Part shown: positions 18,558-28,138 of the stretch, piece by piece | Numbering within the stretch: position 1 is the stretch's first letter | Layout of the letters: each line of letters opens with the position of its first letter | Sequence record: SRR31156797_3523 | Length of the DNA: 33,053 nucleotides | Reading direction: 5' to 3' (one strand) | Notes under the pieces: model-generated | Databases searched by the model: none | What the model was told of the DNA's origin: nothing | What the model saw: only the letters and a program-made list of their open reading frames with translations | Position numbers and translations under genes: made by a program

Positions 18558-19596
18558 TATTACCCTCCTTAGCAGCTTTAAATTTCTTATTACGTCTCTG
18601 TATTGCTACAGGAGGCTGAACTTCTGGTGCATGCTCGTGGAGCAGCCAGGAAGCGACGTAATGAGTATCTGATATTTGGAAAAATGGAGGTTCCATCTCG
18701 AAGTCAATATCCATAGCATACTCGCTTCTTAATGCAAAAGCATCACCCTTTGGAGGTTCAAGTGCATTTGGAGGAGTACCAGGAATAGCATAAAGTTCGT
18801 CTTCTTCGTCCATATCTGGCATTGATGCCAGTAGACCCCATGTGTATGGATGCATTGGATTGTAAAATATTTCATTTACTGTACCTTTTTCAACTATTTT
18901 ACCAGCGTACATAACTGCAACTCTGTCAGCAACGTTTGCTACAACGCCCAGGTCATGGGTAATGAAGATAACTGATGTATTTGTTTTCTTTTGAAGTTCA
19001 TCTATGAGTTCCAAAATTTGAGCTTGAATTGTTACGTCAAGAGCAGTTGTAGGCTCATCGCATATCAATATCTTTGGATTGCATGCGAGAGCAATAGCTA
19101 TGACTATTCTTTGACGCATACCGCCTGAGAATTGATGAGGAAATTGTTTGGCTCGTTTTTTGGGATTGTCTATTCCAACCATTTCAATGAGTTCGTAGAC
19201 TCTTTTCATAGCGTCTTTTTTTGACAAATCATTATGAAGCAGTACTGCCTCTAATACTTGTTTTCCAATATTCATAGTAGGATTCAAGCTGGAGATAGGG
19301 TCTTGGAATATCATAGCGATTTCACCGCCCCTGTATTTGTATATCTCTTTGTCACTCATCTTTGCAAGGTCTTCATCACCATACATAATAGAGCCGCCTG
19401 TAATCTTACCGTTTTCGCCTAATAAACCCATTACGGATTTTATTGTTACTGATTTACCACTTCCGCTTTCGCCAACGATAGCAAGAGTCTCTCCCTTGTA
19501 CACATCAAGGTCTACTCCTCGCACAGCATATACCGTACCGCCTTCTGTAGTAAATTCTACTTTTAAATCCCTTATTTCTAAAATATTATTATTCAT
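18544..19596 (-). CDS. oppD: Oligopeptide ABC transporter ATPase OppD
   Basis: GESGSGKSVT, FPHQFSGGMRQR, DEPTTALDVTIQAQIL, HPYTWGLLASMP. Confidence 0.95.
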   Translation of the reverse strand: MNNNILEIRDLKVEFTTEGGTVYAVRGVDLDVYKGETLAIVGESGSGKSVTIKSVMGLLGENGKITGGSIMYGDEDLAKMSDKEIYKYRGGEIAMIFQDPISSLNPTMNIGKQVLEAVLLHNDLSKKDAMKRVYELIEMVGIDNPKKRAKQFPHQFSGGMRQRIVIAIALACNPKILICDEPTTALDVTIQAQILELIDELQKKTNTSVIFITHDLGVVANVADRVAVMYAGKIVEKGTVNEIFYNPMHPYTWGLLASMPDMDEEDELYAIPGTPPNALEPPKGDAFALRSEYAMDIDFEMEPPFFQISDTHYVASWLLHEHAPEVQPPVAIQRRNKKFKAAKEGNNEQK

Positions 19597-19608
19597 TGCT
19601 CATACCCC

Positions 19609-20736
19609 CTATTTCATCTTTGGATCTAATGCATCACGCAGACCATTAGAAAATAGGTTGATTGCTAACATTAATACACAAATTAAAATAGTTGGGATAA
19701 ACAACATATATGGACTTGTCTGCATAAAGTCATAACCGTCAGTACAAAGTGTTCCAATTGATGGAATTGGCTTTGGCATTCCCAATCCGATAAAGGCTAG
19801 GAAAGCTTCGTAGAAAATAGCAGATGGAATAGTGAATGTTATCATAACTATCATTTGACCGATAACGTTTGGAAGAAGATGTGTAAAGATTAATCTGCCG
19901 TGGGAAGCACCCAAAGTTCTGGATGCAAGTACAAATTCCTGATCCTTTAGCTTTAGAAACTGCGAGCGAACGACACGTGCTGCACTCATCCAGCCTGTAA
20001 CGCCGACGGCTATTGAAATAGCTCCTAAACCAGGTTCCATAAACATAAGTAATAAGCATAAAATAACAAGAGATGGTATACCACCGAAGATTTCACTGAA
20101 TCTCATCATTAGTGTATCAATTCTAGTACCGCCGAAATAGCCAGCAATACCGCCGTATACAACACCAATTGTAAGGTCTAGGAATGCTGCAAATAATCCA
20201 ATGTATAGTGATATACGTGCTCCATACCAAACCCTTGTCCATAGGTCACGACCTAAGTCGTCAGTTCCGAACCAGAAATATTTGTCTTGAATATCTTTTA
20301 ATCCATACACATCAACTTTTACAGTGTAATATGATTGACCTGCTTCATCAAATTCCTTAATTACTTCATAATACTGTAAGTCTTCGTCGTCTATTCTTTC
20401 ATATTCTTTTACAGAAATATCACGATTGACAGTACCATTAAATATACCTAGCTTTTCTAATCCCTTTATTCTAGGAGGAATTTTTGTAGAAAGCGATTTG
20501 TTGTCCATCACTCTTTCCTGGAAATCGTATTCATTCACCATAGGTCCTATAATTGACATTATAATAATTAGTATAATGACAAATAATGATGCCATTGCTA
20601 TTTTATTCTTCCATAATCTGCGTCTGGCATCTTTCCAGAAGCTGACACTCTCACCGGCTATTGCTTCAGCCATTTCAAATGTATTCTTTCTAATTTTAAA
20701 TAGATTTTTATCTAATTTTCGTATTTCAACTGACAT
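19609..20736 (-). CDS. oppC: Oligopeptide ABC transporter permease OppC
   Basis: SFWKDARRRLWKNK, FGTDDLGRDLWTRVWYGARISL, EFVLASRTLGA, NLFSNGLRDALDP. Confidence 0.95.
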   Translation of the reverse strand: MSVEIRKLDKNLFKIRKNTFEMAEAIAGESVSFWKDARRRLWKNKIAMASLFVIILIIIMSIIGPMVNEYDFQERVMDNKSLSTKIPPRIKGLEKLGIFNGTVNRDISVKEYERIDDEDLQYYEVIKEFDEAGQSYYTVKVDVYGLKDIQDKYFWFGTDDLGRDLWTRVWYGARISLYIGLFAAFLDLTIGVVYGGIAGYFGGTRIDTLMMRFSEIFGGIPSLVILCLLLMFMEPGLGAISIAVGVTGWMSAARVVRSQFLKLKDQEFVLASRTLGASHGRLIFTHLLPNVIGQMIVMITFTIPSAIFYEAFLAFIGLGMPKPIPSIGTLCTDGYDFMQTSPYMLFIPTILICVLMLAINLFSNGLRDALDPKMK

Positions 20737-21698
20737 TACTTGTTACCTCCTGCTAAACGTATTCTTGGGTCGATTACACCATACAGCAGGTCAACTATTA
20801 GTATAACTGTTACCAGCATAAAGCTGTATGCAAATGAAATACCTAAAATAAGGAAGTAATCTCTGGTTGCAATAGCGTTAATTAACATTTGTGCAAGACC
20901 AGGTGCACCGAAAAATCTCTCAATAACTGTAGAACCAGATATAAGCATAACTGTCATAGGGCCGACAACTGTAATAACAGGTATCATAGCATTTCTGAAT
21001 GCGTGCTTATAAATAACCTTTTTTTTCTTTAAGCCTTTTGCCTTTGCTAGCATAATATAATCTGAGTTTAGAACCTCAACTAATTCGCTTCGCATATAGC
21101 GCATTGTAGTAGAGATTACGTAAACTGATAAAGAAAATGACGGTAAAATCATTGAATAGATATGATCCCAGTAAGTTATGCCCTTGTTTGCATTAACAGA
21201 CTGATATAAAAATGGGAATATATCAAGTTTATAACTTAGATAGTACTGCATCAAAGCAGCCAAAACAAATGATGGTATTGATACACCGATAACTGCTAAA
21301 ATAGTAGTGGCGTGATCGGCTATGCCATTCTTTCTGATGGCAGCAATTGTGCCAAGAATAATTCCCAGCGGAAGTCCCAATAACAGTGCGATGCTTCCTA
21401 TCTGCACGGTAGTCGGTAGCTTTTGTAGTATTAGTTCTGTAACATTTCTATTTCTAAATTTGAAGGAAATACCAAAGTCAAATTTGGTTACAATTCCCTT
21501 AACATACCTGAAATACTGTAAATACACAGGTGCGTTTAGTCCATATAGATTTTCGATTTTTTCCAGCTGAGCATCTGTCATTTTTGGATTGTTAAATGGT
21601 GATCCTGGCAGTACCTGCAGCAATAAAAATGTGATTGTTACAATTAAGAAAAGGGTGATGACCATCATACCCAGTCTTTTTAAAGTATATCGTAACAT
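20736..21698 (-). CDS. oppB: Oligopeptide ABC transporter permease OppB
   Basis: MLRYTLKRL...LPGSPF, DYIMLAKAKGL, HAFRNAMIPV, VDLLYGVIDPRIR. Confidence 0.95.
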   Translation of the reverse strand: MLRYTLKRLGMMVITLFLIVTITFLLLQVLPGSPFNNPKMTDAQLEKIENLYGLNAPVYLQYFRYVKGIVTKFDFGISFKFRNRNVTELILQKLPTTVQIGSIALLLGLPLGIILGTIAAIRKNGIADHATTILAVIGVSIPSFVLAALMQYYLSYKLDIFPFLYQSVNANKGITYWDHIYSMILPSFSLSVYVISTTMRYMRSELVEVLNSDYIMLAKAKGLKKKKVIYKHAFRNAMIPVITVVGPMTVMLISGSTVIERFFGAPGLAQMLINAIATRDYFLILGISFAYSFMLVTVILIVDLLYGVIDPRIRLAGGNK

Positions 21699-22121
21699 AA
21701 AAAGTGCGTCTCTCCTTTGTTAAATTCTCCGTACATAAAACAACATTTATCCTCATTAAATGCTTTTTTTATTAGTGCATTTATTAATATGTTTAACTAT
21801 AATACCTAGTTTTTTAATGTGATTTGTTATATAATATACCTAGTAATTCTACATCAAACAATGTAAAATTGCAAACTAATATCTACATAATTTCATTTAT
21901 TGTTAACATTTGAAAACCTAGTAATTTAGCACTTTAAAGCAAAAAGCATTAATATACACAATTAAATTATTTTAGTGCGTATTAATGCTAAAATCAGGAT
22001 ATTTCAAAAAGTATTTAATACGGTATAATACTTCTGCTTTTATAATAATTAAGTAAATACAATCGAACATTAAATGATAATAAATCAATATTTCATCTAA
22101 TAATTGTAGTAGTGTATGTGC

Positions 22122-22162
22122 AAAAAAATATGGCAAGGAGTGTATATCGACATCCTTGCCAT
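22122..22162 (-). terminator. Rho-independent terminator after oppA
   Basis: Minus strand: ATGGCAAGGA...TCCTTGCCAT-A-TTTTTTT. Confidence 0.85.
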
Positions 22163-22207
22163 TGTTTGTTTATTTAATTGTTAATTAATTACTTAAATGA
22201 GTTATTT

Positions 22208-23887
22208 TTAATAATCAGCAATGTTAAACATTAGATAGAAACATACTGTTTCGCCGAAAGGTGATGCATCGTCACGATCTTTATATTTAGCAACGTTTTC
22301 GCCTGACAGACCTACTCTGTCGATTTCACCGTCTAAGTACATTTGAACAGCTGTGTTGTTTTCAACACCTGTGATGTATCTTGTGTAAATTTCATCAAGA
22401 TTAACAACGTCAGCGTCCCAATACTCATCGTTCTTTAGGCAAGTTGTATGTGAAGTTAATTCCCACTCGTTTAGATAGAATGGACCGTTGAACAGCATTG
22501 TATCAACAGTTTTACCATATAGTTCAGAAGTAACTTCTGTTACGAATGCTTCGTTAACTGGGAAGAATGCTGGGAATGCCATCAATGCCTTGAATAGCTC
22601 AGATTCTTTTGCAACTACTTTGAATGTATAGTCATCAACTGCTTCATAGCTTTCGATACCTAGTAGAGGCAGAGTAGCTAGGAATGAATATTGTGCAGCT
22701 AATTCTTCTGATTGTAGACGATTCCATGAATATACATAGTCGTGAGCTGTTACGTTGCCGTATACTGTGCCGTCAGCTTTTACCCAAACTGCATCTTCAC
22801 GTAGTTTGAAAGTATATGCTCCGTCAGCATATTCGAATGATTCAGCTCCGCCTAATACTGGAAGGTCACCGTCTGATAAGCGCATTAAGCCTTCACAAAC
22901 GTTGTTTAGCATTTCAAATGATAGAGTATCTGTTGTTGCGTTTTGGTCTAAATCAGGAATATCTGTGTTTTCTAATAAACTTAGAACTTTTCTTCCGTCG
23001 TCGCCTGCAGCTTTGTCTGTCCACTTATATGTATAGTCAGGACCGAAACCATGTTTGTACATATCAGTAATATCTTCAGCTATAAGACTTACGCCACCTC
23101 TTTGATATAGTGGAGCGATAGGGTATTCAGTAGTAACTAGCTCTTCAGCAGCTACCATAGCAGCCCATACTTCGTCTGGGTCTGTAGAAGTTTGTGCTGT
23201 TTCGATTAATGCATCATACTCAGCGTTTGACCAGTGACCTTCATTATATTCACCATCTGTTACCCACATGTCTAAGAATGTTAGAGCATTTGGATAGTCA
23301 GGACCCCAACCAGCAAAGTTAAGATCGAAGTCACCAGCTTGTGAAAGCTCTAGCTTTTCAGCAAATGGTAGAGCTTTGATTTCAACTGTTAAACCTTCTA
23401 GATTTCTTTCAAGTTCTTCCTTGATGTGCTCACCGATTTTACCTGCTGAATCTGAGTCATAGTTTAGTAATTCGATTACAGCTGTTTCAAATCCTAGTTC
23501 TTCCTTAGCTGCTGCCCATAGTTCAGCTGCTTCTGCTGGATCATATGTTGGAGCTTCAGCAATAGCGTCACGGAAATCAACACCTTCGTAGTAAGTGAAT
23601 CCAACTGGTACAAAGCTGTCTGAAGCTAATGAACCGTTGTCACCTAAGATTTCTACGATGATGAACTCTTTGTCATATCCGATAGCGATAGCTTTACGAG
23701 CATCAACACTCTTGAACAGTACGTCAGCACCGATCTCAACTGAATCTGCTGATACTTCCTCTGTCTCAGCTGGAGCTTCTGTTGCTTCTGAAGCAGTAGT
23801 TTCTTCTGGCTCATCAGTTGTAGTACAACCAGCAAACATACCCAGAACAAGAACAAGAACTAATAGCATTGTTAATAATTTTTTCAT
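22208..23887 (-). CDS. oppA: Oligopeptide-binding lipoprotein OppA (SBP family 5), circularly permuted motif order
   Basis: Lipobox FAGC; SD AGGAGGA. The recognisable family-5 motifs are present (RKAIAIGYDK, GWGPDY, WSNAEYD, PIAPLYQ, NNVCEGL, YTFKLR, VTAHDYVYSW, NGPFYL, KNDEYWD, YLMFN), but the two halves are swapped. Confidence 0.9.
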   Translation of the reverse strand: MKKLLTMLLVLVLVLGMFAGCTTTDEPEETTASEATEAPAETEEVSADSVEIGADVLFKSVDARKAIAIGYDKEFIIVEILGDNGSLASDSFVPVGFTYYEGVDFRDAIAEAPTYDPAEAAELWAAAKEELGFETAVIELLNYDSDSAGKIGEHIKEELERNLEGLTVEIKALPFAEKLELSQAGDFDLNFAGWGPDYPNALTFLDMWVTDGEYNEGHWSNAEYDALIETAQTSTDPDEVWAAMVAAEELVTTEYPIAPLYQRGGVSLIAEDITDMYKHGFGPDYTYKWTDKAAGDDGRKVLSLLENTDIPDLDQNATTDTLSFEMLNNVCEGLMRLSDGDLPVLGGAESFEYADGAYTFKLREDAVWVKADGTVYGNVTAHDYVYSWNRLQSEELAAQYSFLATLPLLGIESYEAVDDYTFKVVAKESELFKALMAFPAFFPVNEAFVTEVTSELYGKTVDTMLFNGPFYLNEWELTSHTTCLKNDEYWDADVVNLDEIYTRYITGVENNTAVQMYLDGEIDRVGLSGENVAKYKDRDDASPFGETVCFYLMFNIADY

Positions 23888-23948
23888 TGTGTCCGTTTCC
23901 TCCTAAAGAAATATTATGTGTGTTTATTTATACACTACTTAATTACCT

Positions 23949-23977
23949 ATTATAGCACGTACATTAAATAGAGTAAA
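23949..23977 (-). promoter_or_regulatory. SigA-type promoter of oppA
   Basis: Minus strand TTTACT-17 bp-TATAAT with extended TG (TGCTATAAT). Confidence 0.65.
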
Positions 23978-24199
23978 TATTTTTCTATTATTGTACTGCA
24001 CTATGTATCATTATGTATAAATATCCTAACACTGCACTGTGTGCATGGAGATATAATATCATCAAATTGAAATATGTTCAAACAAAAATCTCATATTTTT
24101 TCAACTACAAGTCATTTTAGTTAATTATTTAAGTTTTTTTGAAGGAAGAATTTTTTCTCATAGGCATTTTTGTAATATTACCTTTGTTTTCTCAGTAGC

Positions 24200-24228
24200 T
24201 TTACTACATCAATATTAAGTGCTATAAT
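24200..24228 (+). promoter_or_regulatory. SigA-type promoter of DUF3899-like gene (probably leaderless)
   Basis: TTTACT-17 bp-TATAAT (TGCTATAAT); ATG 6 nt downstream. Confidence 0.6.
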
Positions 24229-24234
24229 CACGTT

Positions 24235-24642
24235 ATGATAAAAAGAATTGCTATACACGTAGGTATTTCTTTAGTTATTTGCTTGATTTTACAAGTGACC
24301 GGAATTATAAGTCACCTAGAATTTTATGAGAAATTATTTATTGCTGCACTTTTGTATTTGTTGGCAGGAGGATATATATTTCTTTGTAGTGCAGGATATT
24401 TTGCAATACAGAAATATTCATTTCATAAGGTTTCATCCAAGCTTCCATTTCTCTCTAAATTGTTTTTGGGTGCAAATGCAAGAAATCAAGAAATAGGTGA
24501 TGAGAAAGAAACTGCAAAAGATTTTGTAGACTATAGAGATAATTTCATGAAAAAAACTTCAATGGCTGACTGCGTACCGTTGCTGTTGACCTTCACAATA
24601 CTTACTTCTATCTCGGTTGCATGGGGTATGCTAGCAGTATAG
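24235..24642 (+). CDS. Small membrane protein, DUF3899-like
   Basis: Three hydrophobic segments; LFIAALLYLLAGG...GYF...YSFHK resembles DUF3899, a family often found beside opp operons. Family assignment is from recall only. Confidence 0.55.
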   Translation: MIKRIAIHVGISLVICLILQVTGIISHLEFYEKLFIAALLYLLAGGYIFLCSAGYFAIQKYSFHKVSSKLPFLSKLFLGANARNQEIGDEKETAKDFVDYRDNFMKKTSMADCVPLLLTFTILTSISVAWGMLAV

Positions 24643-24708
24643 TATTATTTGAAATTGAAATATACTAATACTAATTTATTAAGTAATTGAAAACTGAAAA
24701 TAAACATA

Positions 24709-25185
24709 CTATTTTTCGTATTCATAATATTTTGATTCTAGTTTACCTTCAATAAAAATTTCTATTAAAGTAAAACTAGATTTTTCAAGAACTTTAATAG
24801 ACGCTATATTATGGGAATATGTAAACGCACCGATTTTACTAATATTGTATTTTTGGAAAATTATATCTATGAATTTTTTTATTGCAATAGCTGCAATCCC
24901 TTTGTCCCAGTAATTCTTGTCAAATATTACGACGGAGAGCATTGCCATTTTCTCGTCAATTTCATCAATCCCATAGCACCAGATATCTCCAATGTATTTA
25001 TTATCTACAAGGATAATTTTGCCAAAGCTTTTTGCATCAACTTTTAGTGATTCCTGAAATAATAATAGAGACTCTTCCAAGGAATTATTAGTAAAAGGAA
25101 AAAGATTCCTGATTTCTTTGTCTTGAGTTCTATGGTAGAATTCTATTACATGGACTTTCTGTCTGTCTGCTAATAATACATTCAT
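24709..25185 (-). CDS. GNAT acetyltransferase, RimJ/RimL-like
   Basis: YIGDI, acetyl-CoA motif YWDKGIA, C-terminal HNIASIKVLEKSSF. Confidence 0.85.
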   Translation of the reverse strand: MNVLLADRQKVHVIEFYHRTQDKEIRNLFPFTNNSLEESLLLFQESLKVDAKSFGKIILVDNKYIGDIWCYGIDEIDEKMAMLSVVIFDKNYWDKGIAAIAIKKFIDIIFQKYNISKIGAFTYSHNIASIKVLEKSSFTLIEIFIEGKLESKYYEYEK

Positions 25186-25542
25186 TTCAAAAATTATTCC
25201 TTTATGTTTGCTGAAAATATGAACTTATATAGTAAAAATATATCTCTTATCTATTATATATTAATAATAGTAGTATTGATAGCTATTAGCAGGTAAATGC
25301 TGCTGCTTTTAGATTATATTATTTAAAAATGTTCATCTAATATAAATAATATATATTTATATGTTGTTTATGCAATCATTAGCTACACTTATATTATTTA
25401 TTATGAGAATTTGATTCTAATAAATGTGAAGAAAGCATGCAAAATTTGAAGAAAGACTTTCTATTTTTTAGACTATATATGTTAAGATGCAATAGTATCA
25501 TAGCTTGTATGTTTTCTACTGTAAGCCCCATCCAAACCTTTA

Positions 25543-26958
25543 TTAGGTTTCTTGCTTAGCAATATCTTTTATATTTATCATATTTGTATACATAGGATTT
25601 TGCTTAATCTTTATTATTACTATCAAACCGATAATAATTGCTGTGAGTCCTACCAAACCGTTACTTACCATCATAGCTATACCGACACTCTCACTGCCAA
25701 GACTTGAGAAATGAATTAGTAAGTACAGTGTTGGTATTCTAAATGCAAACAGTCTAAGACTATTGATTAATAGCGCAAGCTTTGTATAGCCAAAGCCATA
25801 CAGCATACCCATAACCGTAGCACTGACTGCTAGAGTAACAGATGCAATTCGTTCATATTTGAATATCTTATAAATCTCAGATGCAAAGACTTCATCCCCA
25901 TTGGCAAAAAAACCAATCATAATATTCGTTGCAAAAAACATAATTAGGAGTCCAACGAAAGTGATTGCTACATTAAACAATAGAGATTTTTTAAATGTTT
26001 CTAATGCTCTATTCATATTATTATTGCCTAGATTTTGACTAATAATTGTGGCCTCACCGTCTTGAATGCCAAGTGTTGGTGAAGTAAGGCAGCCACCAAG
26101 ACGATTAGAAACGCCTAGTGCACCAACTGTCATACTACCATAATAAACGCTCATAGAATTCACCAAGACTTTTCCAAATGAGAATACGAATTTCTGAACA
26201 AATATAGGGAAGGCTAGCTTTACAATTGCCCATACTCTTTTTTTATCTGGCTTCATATAGCTAAGTTCCATTTTAAGTATGTTGTTAGGACTTCTTAAGT
26301 TATATACTCCAACAATGGTAAGGCTAAGTTGAGCTAGCAATGAGGCTGCTGCAACCATATTGATTCCAAATTCTAGAACATATACAAACAATGCTGTCAA
26401 ACTCAATTTAATGCCAAAAACCATGATGTTGTACCATAGGATTCTCTTGGTATTACCTTTGGACTTTTCGACTGCTATATAGACATTATTAATGAAAATT
26501 GAAACCATCATAATAATTTCCAGACGGAAATAGCCTGTTCCCACTGCAATAAGCTCTTCTGGGGTGTTGGCTAGACGTAGTATTGGAACTGCAAAGGGTA
26601 CCACAGTGCAAATTAACAGAGCACTAACTGCTAGTGCTAGGGTCATCATAATATTACTGTATTTTTTTGCCTCTTTGTAATCTCCGGCTCCAATAAACCT
26701 AGCTGACAATATACCTCCGCCAAGAGCCAATCCTGTTCCAAGAGCAGATATCATGATATGTATCTGATTCATATAGGCAACGGCAGATACTGTTTCTCTT
26801 CCTATATGCGCAACCATCAATGTGTCAAAGAAACCAAAATAATGGTTTAGACTATTATACAAAAGCAGGGGTAAGGATATCCTGAATATCACTTCCCAAA
26901 CAGGACCATTTAATATAAATTCTCTTTGTTTTATTTCTTTTTTTTGCGAGCTATGCAT
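25543..26958 (-). CDS. MATE family efflux transporter
   Basis: ILNGPVWEVIFRISLP, DTLMVAHIG, ARFIGAGD, KGNTK, ISQNLGNN; about 12 hydrophobic segments. Confidence 0.9.
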   Translation of the reverse strand: MHSSQKKEIKQREFILNGPVWEVIFRISLPLLLYNSLNHYFGFFDTLMVAHIGRETVSAVAYMNQIHIMISALGTGLALGGGILSARFIGAGDYKEAKKYSNIMMTLALAVSALLICTVVPFAVPILRLANTPEELIAVGTGYFRLEIIMMVSIFINNVYIAVEKSKGNTKRILWYNIMVFGIKLSLTALFVYVLEFGINMVAAASLLAQLSLTIVGVYNLRSPNNILKMELSYMKPDKKRVWAIVKLAFPIFVQKFVFSFGKVLVNSMSVYYGSMTVGALGVSNRLGGCLTSPTLGIQDGEATIISQNLGNNNMNRALETFKKSLLFNVAITFVGLLIMFFATNIMIGFFANGDEVFASEIYKIFKYERIASVTLAVSATVMGMLYGFGYTKLALLINSLRLFAFRIPTLYLLIHFSSLGSESVGIAMMVSNGLVGLTAIIIGLIVIIKIKQNPMYTNMINIKDIAKQET

Positions 26959-27055
26959 GTAGTTAAACCTATTACCTTGTTTTATTCAATACGACAAAGT
27001 ATACATGCAATTATATTAAAATTCTATTGATATATTGTCTATTATTGATGATTTT

Positions 27056-27922
27056 CTATAATATTTGCTGTATATTTTTTCTATATTTGATTGGCGTTGT
27101 ATTTTTGGCTTTTTTAAATACCCTGCCATAATGTGAATGGCTGTCAAAACCAATACGCTGTGCTACTTCGCTGATAGGCATATTTGTATTCCGCAGTAGT
27201 TTTTCAGATTCTAATATTCTAACATTGTTGATATATTCGTTGAGTCCAAATCCGGTAATCCGTTTGAAATTGCGACTTAAATAATATGTGCTAAAGTAAA
27301 ACTTTTTAGCAATGAGTTCAAGGCTCAGGGATTCCATATAATATTCGTTTATATAGATTGCTACGTTGCTCATACGCTTATAGAGAGAATTACTCGCTTC
27401 TGCTTTAGTATCAAGTATCATTTGCTCACCGGAAGCAATATCATTGATTAGCATCAATGTTTCCAGTACACCAAGCATTGCTCTGTTCATCTGAGGCTTT
27501 GGGGTGCTGTTCAGACAGTGATCCACTTGAAACATGGCCTCTCTAATTGCACTTTGCTGGGTTACATTTGGTATCAATATATGACTAGTATTTTCAAAGC
27601 TTTTGAACCAGTCATATTGCTCAAAACCAGAAACGAAATCTTCTAAAAAAGATTTACTTATAACTAGCAAAAGCCTCTCGTGCATTGGGTTATCCGCTTC
27701 GACAGTTCGATGTATTACAGAAGGTTTGACTAACACAATCATGCCCTTTTTTATATGGTAGGTTCGATCGTGTATGAAAAAGTGCCGTTCACCGTCCAGA
27801 AGGTAATAGATTTCATAGCTATCGTGAATATGTGGCTTCTTCATGCTGCCAAAGTTTGTACTTGATGGTCTGTATTTTAGTGTGATGAGACCATCATAAT
27901 GAATATGATTAAAATCTTTCAT
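27056..27922 (-). CDS. AraC family transcriptional regulator with N-terminal cupin domain
   Basis: HIHDSYEIYYLLDGER cupin; LSRNFKRITG, ISEVAQRIGFDSHSHYGRVFKK, TPIKYRK. Confidence 0.93.
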   Translation of the reverse strand: MKDFNHIHYDGLITLKYRPSSTNFGSMKKPHIHDSYEIYYLLDGERHFFIHDRTYHIKKGMIVLVKPSVIHRTVEADNPMHERLLLVISKSFLEDFVSGFEQYDWFKSFENTSHILIPNVTQQSAIREAMFQVDHCLNSTPKPQMNRAMLGVLETLMLINDIASGEQMILDTKAEASNSLYKRMSNVAIYINEYYMESLSLELIAKKFYFSTYYLSRNFKRITGFGLNEYINNVRILESEKLLRNTNMPISEVAQRIGFDSHSHYGRVFKKAKNTTPIKYRKNIQQIL

Positions 27923-28138
27923 AGACGCTCCAGCTATTAAACAATTATTGTAGAAAAAGGAGACTTAATAAAAGGATAGTTAACTTTTTCTACATATTAT
28001 TATAATAATAATCACTTAAATGGTCAAGATTGATTAGCAGATAAAATAAAAACTGGAAAGCTAAGAAAATTATCAATTTGTGTTCAAATGTATAAAATAA
28101 TATTGTATCTTTTTATTCATAAGTGTAGAATTATCTGT

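Noticed and set aside
24010-24030. ArgR-box-like ATGTATAAATATCCTA upstream of oppA
   Set aside because: Several mismatches, single copy, AT-rich background
25186-25542. AT-rich 350-bp gap between GNAT and MATE examined for sRNA, repeats or a small ORF
   Set aside because: No convincing hairpin, repeat array or SD-led ORF seen
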